DNA from: Waddliaceae bacterium
GTDB taxonomy: Bacteria > Chlamydiota > Chlamydiia > Chlamydiales > SLFE01
Length of the DNA stretch: 64,000 nt
Reading direction: 5' to 3'
Assembly (NCBI GenBank): GCA_963771045.1
Contig: CAVYRW010000003.1
Coordinates: 15-64,014, forward strand
This document shows positions 60,264 through 64,000 of the stretch, in pieces. Position numbers and translations under genes: made by a program. The notes beneath the pieces are model-generated. The model searched no databases, was not told the origin of the DNA, and worked only from the letters and a program-made list of their open reading frames with translations. The number at the start of each line of letters is the position of its first letter. The stretch's first letter is position 1.

Positions 60264-60407
60264 GTGACCGGATCCTATCTGCACTTTACCCTCTCCGCGG
60301 CTTTAGTGGGAAGCTCCCTTCTGGTCCTGATTGTGCTGTGGCGAAAAGGGCGCCTCGACTTTGACGAGAGCCCGAAAATCACTATGATGGAAAGTGACGA
60401 AGGATAG
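60264..60407 (+). CDS. CcoS/FixS-like micro-protein (~47 aa, not in the ORF track)
   Basis: TM 'LSAALVGSSLLVLIVLW' followed by 'RKGRLDFDESPKITMMESDEG'. A GTG start at 60264 is assumed. Confidence 0.45.
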   Translation: MTGSYLHFTLSAALVGSSLLVLIVLWRKGRLDFDESPKITMMESDEG

Positions 60408-60410
60408 CTT

Positions 60411-60674
60411 ATGAGCGAGAAAGAGTATCTGTTTTACGAGGATGACGACTCCGTCCCACCCTATAAAAAAGAGGACCCCGGCGTGCCCCTTTGGCTGAAG
60501 CTTGTGATTCTGACCGTCCCATTTTGGGGATTTGCCACATTTTACATCTACTGGAACGGCAATTTCGGGGACTGGCTCGACAGGGGCTACTGGGGCGAGC
60601 TTCAGCAAGCGGCCAACACCACGTTTCCTTCCGAAACCAAGATTCCCGTCTCGGCTAAGAAGATTGAGAAGTAA
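60411..60674 (+). CDS. small membrane protein resembling the CcoP N-terminal anchor (FixP_N-like), no haem domain
   Basis: 'EDPGVPLWLKLVILTVPFWGFATFYIYW' resembles the 'N.lP.WW...F' anchor of CcoP. There is no CxxCH. Confidence 0.4.
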   Translation: MSEKEYLFYEDDDSVPPYKKEDPGVPLWLKLVILTVPFWGFATFYIYWNGNFGDWLDRGYWGELQQAANTTFPSETKIPVSAKKIEK

Positions 60675-60791
60675 CTCTCCAAGAGAGCGAGATGTTCTTA
60701 TCAAAAGATTATTACAAAACTAACCCGAGACTGCCTCAGTTCTTCCTCAAATCCTCTTATTTTGAGATATAAAAAATCCTTTAATAATATA

Positions 60792-60820
60792 TTGAATTAA
60801 TTAGTTTATTGTGATATTAT
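60792..60820 (+). promoter_or_regulatory. sigma70-like promoter of F-box gene 1
   Basis: TTGAAT, 17 nt, TATTAT. An AAGGAG RBS lies 8 nt before ATG 60854. Confidence 0.5.
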
Positions 60821-60853
60821 GTTTTATATATTAAAATTATAAGGAGTAATAAT

Positions 60854-61711
60854 ATGCAAGTAGATAAAACTAATCCAAATAACAATGTAGCAGTACAAAA
60901 TTCAACCGCTCGTGACCCTGCGGCCGTTCTCCCTCCTGAAATGGTTTTAGAGATATTTTCCAACTTAGACCTTGGTGATCTTGCGGCATGCCAGCAGGTC
61001 TGCAGAGAATGGCGACCATTGGCGGCAGACCCCAAACTCCCTGGTTTAAACGCCATAGCTCAAGTACGCGAGCTGAAAAAGGAATTCCCCCATTTTCCCA
61101 TCTTCGGTCCCGAAGAGTGGGTGAAATACTATGGCCGTATAGATAAAAACGATATCAAGCCTCTTTCACCTGAAATGATCAAGATTATTAAAGGCGTCTT
61201 GCCCAAATGCCAAGGGAAGAAAGGGCATGAGGTCCTTAAGCTGACTTATTTTCCTAAAACCGTCAATGGAAAACCGCTGACTCCGAATAACTTTGAAGAG
61301 CTGATCCAGAACCCCAAAGAGGGTCATGCGGCTAAATATGATTACTTTTGGCCTGCAGCTAGACAAGAACATGGCGACACACCGATCGAAAGAGCCCATT
61401 GGACTTTATCGACAAAAGATGTAATCGAAGGAAGCAAAGGCAAAACAGAGGATGAGCTATTGGCCCTTGCCAAAAGTATTGGCCCCGGCTGGGGAGTGCC
61501 CACAGCATTGGGAGCGGTAGTCTCTACTGTTTCAGAGTATACCGCTACAGGAGTTCGTCGACTTGGCATTGATTCTTTTACATTTACGCTCTGCCAAGAG
61601 CAGACGTCTGGAATGAATTTGGCGGTTGGCGGCTTTGCTCCTTCGGGTCTCGACGTCAGCAACCACTTCATCAACGACTCTCTCGGTGTTGTGTCGCAGC
61701 GGAAGTTCTAA
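60854..61711 (+). CDS. F-box domain protein (eukaryote-like effector candidate)
   Basis: 'LPPEMVLEIFSNLDLGDLAACQQVCREWRPLA' fits the F-box consensus. The C-terminal ~200 aa are unassigned. Confidence 0.8.
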   Translation: MQVDKTNPNNNVAVQNSTARDPAAVLPPEMVLEIFSNLDLGDLAACQQVCREWRPLAADPKLPGLNAIAQVRELKKEFPHFPIFGPEEWVKYYGRIDKNDIKPLSPEMIKIIKGVLPKCQGKKGHEVLKLTYFPKTVNGKPLTPNNFEELIQNPKEGHAAKYDYFWPAARQEHGDTPIERAHWTLSTKDVIEGSKGKTEDELLALAKSIGPGWGVPTALGAVVSTVSEYTATGVRRLGIDSFTFTLCQEQTSGMNLAVGGFAPSGLDVSNHFINDSLGVVSQRKF

Positions 61712-61795
61712 AGAGCTTGGCCCTTGGACACTTGGCCCTTGGATTGGCAATTGATCCTTGGTAACGGGTGATTCTTTGGCGTTTTGCTTGGGGAT

Positions 61796-61834
61796 TTCCG
61801 GCCGGCTTTTTGCCGGCCTGGAATTTAAAATTTT
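61796..61834 (+). terminator. rho-independent terminator after F-box gene 1
   Basis: TTCCGGCCGGC-TTTTT-GCCGGCCTGGAA followed by TTTAAAATTTT. Confidence 0.55.
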
Positions 61835-61854
61835 GCGTCTTTCACCCTTATTGT

Positions 61855-61990
61855 TTACATCTACTGGAACGGCAATTTCGGGGACTGGCTCGGCAGGGGC
61901 TACTGGGGAGAGCTTCAGCAAGCGGCCAACATCACCTTTCCTCCCGAGACCAAAATCCCCGCTTCAGCAAAGAAGATTGAAGAGAAGTAG
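61855..61990 (+). pseudogene. duplicated 3' fragment of the 60411-60674 gene
   Basis: 'TTTACATCTACTGGAACGGCAATTTCGGGGACTGGCTCG.CAGGGGCTACTGGGG' matches 60541-60674. No start codon. Confidence 0.8.
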
Positions 61991-62076
61991 CTCTTTGGAA
62001 AAGCTAAAAATACCTGATTATAGCTTTCCAAGAGAGCTAAAAATATCCAAATTTAGTTTTCTTAGAGAGCTAAATC

Positions 62077-63129
62077 TTACTGGACAGGAGAACTTTTTCT
62101 AAGCTGCCCTTTGATTTCATCTAAGACCTCGTCGACGGTGATCTCCTTCATGCAGCGAAAGTCTATGGGGCAGACTCTTTTGTAGCAGGGAGAGCAGGAA
62201 GGCCGTTTGTGGATGACCACCCCGCCGTTGTAGGGGCCGGTTTTGATGTCGCTTGTCGAGCCGAAGAGGGCGACAAGCTTTGTGCCAAGGGCAGAGGCGA
62301 TGTGCATCGGCCCGCTGTCATTGGTGAGGAAGACGTCGCAAAGCTGGATCAGGGCCATGAGCTCGCGGAGGTTGGTTTTTCCCGCAAGGTCAATGACTCT
62401 TTCGGGAAGGTCTTTGCAAATACGGTCGACTAAAGGCCTTGTTTTACTGTCCCCGAAAAAAATGACATAGGTATCGGGATCTTCGATGAGTCTGCCTGCC
62501 GTCTCGCAGAACCTCTCGGGAATCCAGCATTTGGCGCTGCCGTAGGCGGCTCCCGGATTGATTCCGACAATCGTTTTTCTTTCCGGTATTTTGCATCGCC
62601 TGAGAAGTTCTTTTGCGTTTTGGATCTCATCGTAGCTGACAAAGAGTTTGGGGAGCGTCTTCGACAGCTGTATGCCCAAAGGGGGAAGCAGGTGTTTATA
62701 GACATTGACGAGATGGATGTTTTCCTTATCTTCCGGAAAGGGTTCGGCTTTATTGAGCAAGAAATCTCGTAAATTCCCTTTGAAGCCGACGCGGTTTTTG
62801 ACATGGCCGCGCCAAAACCGGCATGCCGAGGAAAAAGAGTTGGTCAGTAGAATGCCAAGATCGTAGTCGCCATGCCTTAAAGGGTTTAGGATGTGCCGCG
62901 CGGCATCCCTGTGGAGCCAGCCGCTCGGCCGGTTGAAAGTAAAGATTTCATCGATGTTGGGATCGTTTAACAGAAGCTGCCCCGCCGGCTCCTGGCACAT
63001 AGCGGTCAATTTGGCATCGGGCCACTGGCTTCTGATATCATGCAAAACAGGGGTAGCCATCACGAGATCCCCGAGCCAGTTGGGCATTCTGACGATGATG
63101 TTTTTTGGGGTATTTACCTTAAATCCCAT
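62077..63129 (-). CDS. waaF: GT9 ADP-heptose:LPS heptosyltransferase II-like
   Basis: 'MPNWLGDLVMATPVL', 'GINPGAAYGSAKCWIPERF', 'FLTNDSGPMHIASALGTKLVALFG'. Confidence 0.75.
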   Translation of the reverse strand: MGFKVNTPKNIIVRMPNWLGDLVMATPVLHDIRSQWPDAKLTAMCQEPAGQLLLNDPNIDEIFTFNRPSGWLHRDAARHILNPLRHGDYDLGILLTNSFSSACRFWRGHVKNRVGFKGNLRDFLLNKAEPFPEDKENIHLVNVYKHLLPPLGIQLSKTLPKLFVSYDEIQNAKELLRRCKIPERKTIVGINPGAAYGSAKCWIPERFCETAGRLIEDPDTYVIFFGDSKTRPLVDRICKDLPERVIDLAGKTNLRELMALIQLCDVFLTNDSGPMHIASALGTKLVALFGSTSDIKTGPYNGGVVIHKRPSCSPCYKRVCPIDFRCMKEITVDEVLDEIKGQLRKSSPVQ

Positions 63130-63313
63130 AGATTAAAAATGATGCTAAAGTGAGAATAATTTAGCAAGAGGGATTTCGCCCAGCTTTACGAGTAAGTGTG
63201 AGAAGAACTGTCACGGGAAAGAGGTTTTCTTATCAAATAATATTTATAAAACTACCCTCAGTTCTTTCCCAAATCCTCTTTTTTTGAGCTATAAGAAATC
63301 CAGTAATAATATA

Positions 63314-63342
63314 TTGAATTAAATAGTTTATTGTGATATAAT
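63314..63342 (+). promoter_or_regulatory. sigma70-like promoter of F-box gene 2
   Basis: TTGAAT, 17 nt, TATAAT. Duplicated upstream region and the same AAGGAG RBS. Confidence 0.5.
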
Positions 63343-63375
63343 TTTTTATATATTAAAAATATAAGGAGTAATAAT

Positions 63376-64000
63376 ATGCAAGTAGATAAAACTAATCCAA
63401 ATAACAATGTAGCAGTACAAAATTCAACCGCTCTTGACCCTGCGGCCGTTCTCCCTCCTGAAATGGTTTTAGAGATATTTTCCAACTTAGGCCCCGTTGA
63501 TCTTGCGGCATGCCAGCTGGTCAGCAAAACATGGAAACCATTGGCGGCAGACCCCAAACTCCCTGGTTTAAACGCCATAGCTCAAGTACGCGATCTGAAA
63601 AAGGAATTCCCCCACCTTCCCATCTTCGGTCCCGAAGAGTGGGTGAAATACTATGGCCGTATAGATACAAACGATATCAAGCCTCTTGACCCGGAAATGA
63701 TCAAGATTATCAAAAACGTCTTGCCCAAATGCCAAGGGAAGAAAGGTCATGAGGTCCTTAAGCTGACTTATTTTCCTAAAACCGTCAATGGAAAGCCGCT
63801 GACCCCGAACAATTATGAAGATCTGATCAAGAACCCCAAAGAGGGCCATGCGGCTAAAGATGATTACTTTTGGCCTGAAGCTAGAAAAGAACATGGCGAT
63901 ACGCCGATCGAAAGTTCCCATTGGACTTTATCGACAAAAGATGTAATCGAAGGAAGCAAAGGCAAAACAAAGGATGAGCTATTGGAGCTTGCCAAAAGTA
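63376..64000 (+). CDS. F-box domain protein paralogue (3'-partial at window edge)
   Basis: 'MQVDKTNPNNNVAVQNSTALDPAAVLPPEMVLEIFSNLGPVDLAACQLVSKTWKPLA', collinear with 60854-61711. The frame is still open at nt 64000. Confidence 0.8.
   Translation, partial: MQVDKTNPNNNVAVQNSTALDPAAVLPPEMVLEIFSNLGPVDLAACQLVSKTWKPLAADPKLPGLNAIAQVRDLKKEFPHLPIFGPEEWVKYYGRIDTNDIKPLDPEMIKIIKNVLPKCQGKKGHEVLKLTYFPKTVNGKPLTPNNYEDLIKNPKEGHAAKDDYFWPEARKEHGDTPIESSHWTLSTKDVIEGSKGKTKDELLELAKS

Noticed and set aside
61532-62102. ORFs 61532-61921(-) and 61758-62102(+)
   Set aside because: They span the F-box gene 3' end, its terminator and the duplicated gene fragment. They have no independent support.

Overview
Mid-GC bacterial chromosome segment with heavy IS debris and many broken reading frames. 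F-box and ankyrin proteins plus the IS load suggest a host-associated or amoeba-associated lifestyle; that is inference only. All family calls come from motifs read by eye, and no searches were run. Layout: (1) 1-14570 is an RHS polymorphic-toxin array with at least five toxin tip/immunity modules. Three orphan RHS cassettes are each preceded by an identical-length 550-nt ORF-less group II intron 5' fragment. The array is also hit by IS91-, IS66- and IS1-family elements. (2) 14690-21124 holds housekeeping genes: YhiN-like flavoprotein, RlmK-like methyltransferase, an SPFH/NfeD pair, a broken Ppx/GppA gene and RhlE. (3) 21200-25240 is an IS graveyard, including an IS903-like element that carries a GxxExxY passenger gene. 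(4) 25263-32609 holds an RND tripartite efflux operon (two of three genes frameshifted) and an MFS pump. (5) 32650-37130 holds more IS91 fragments, a hypothetical protein pair and a truncated M29 aminopeptidase. (6) 37184-43985 holds a second, full-length RHS toxin with three downstream immunity-like genes. (7) 44000-49385 holds a MITE, an IS91 tail, an ISAs1 remnant, and ankyrin, SEC-C and AAA+ genes. (8) 49703-60674 is a tight same-strand respiratory cluster: GltD-like flavoprotein-ferredoxin, Rieske, cytochrome b (multiply frameshifted), large multihaem cytochrome c, and cbb3-type CcoN/CcoO with accessory micro-ORFs. (9) 60790-64000 holds two F-box paralogues flanking waaF. The most interesting signal is the intron-fragment/RHS cassette unit and its intron-less ancestral copy at 14162-14569.
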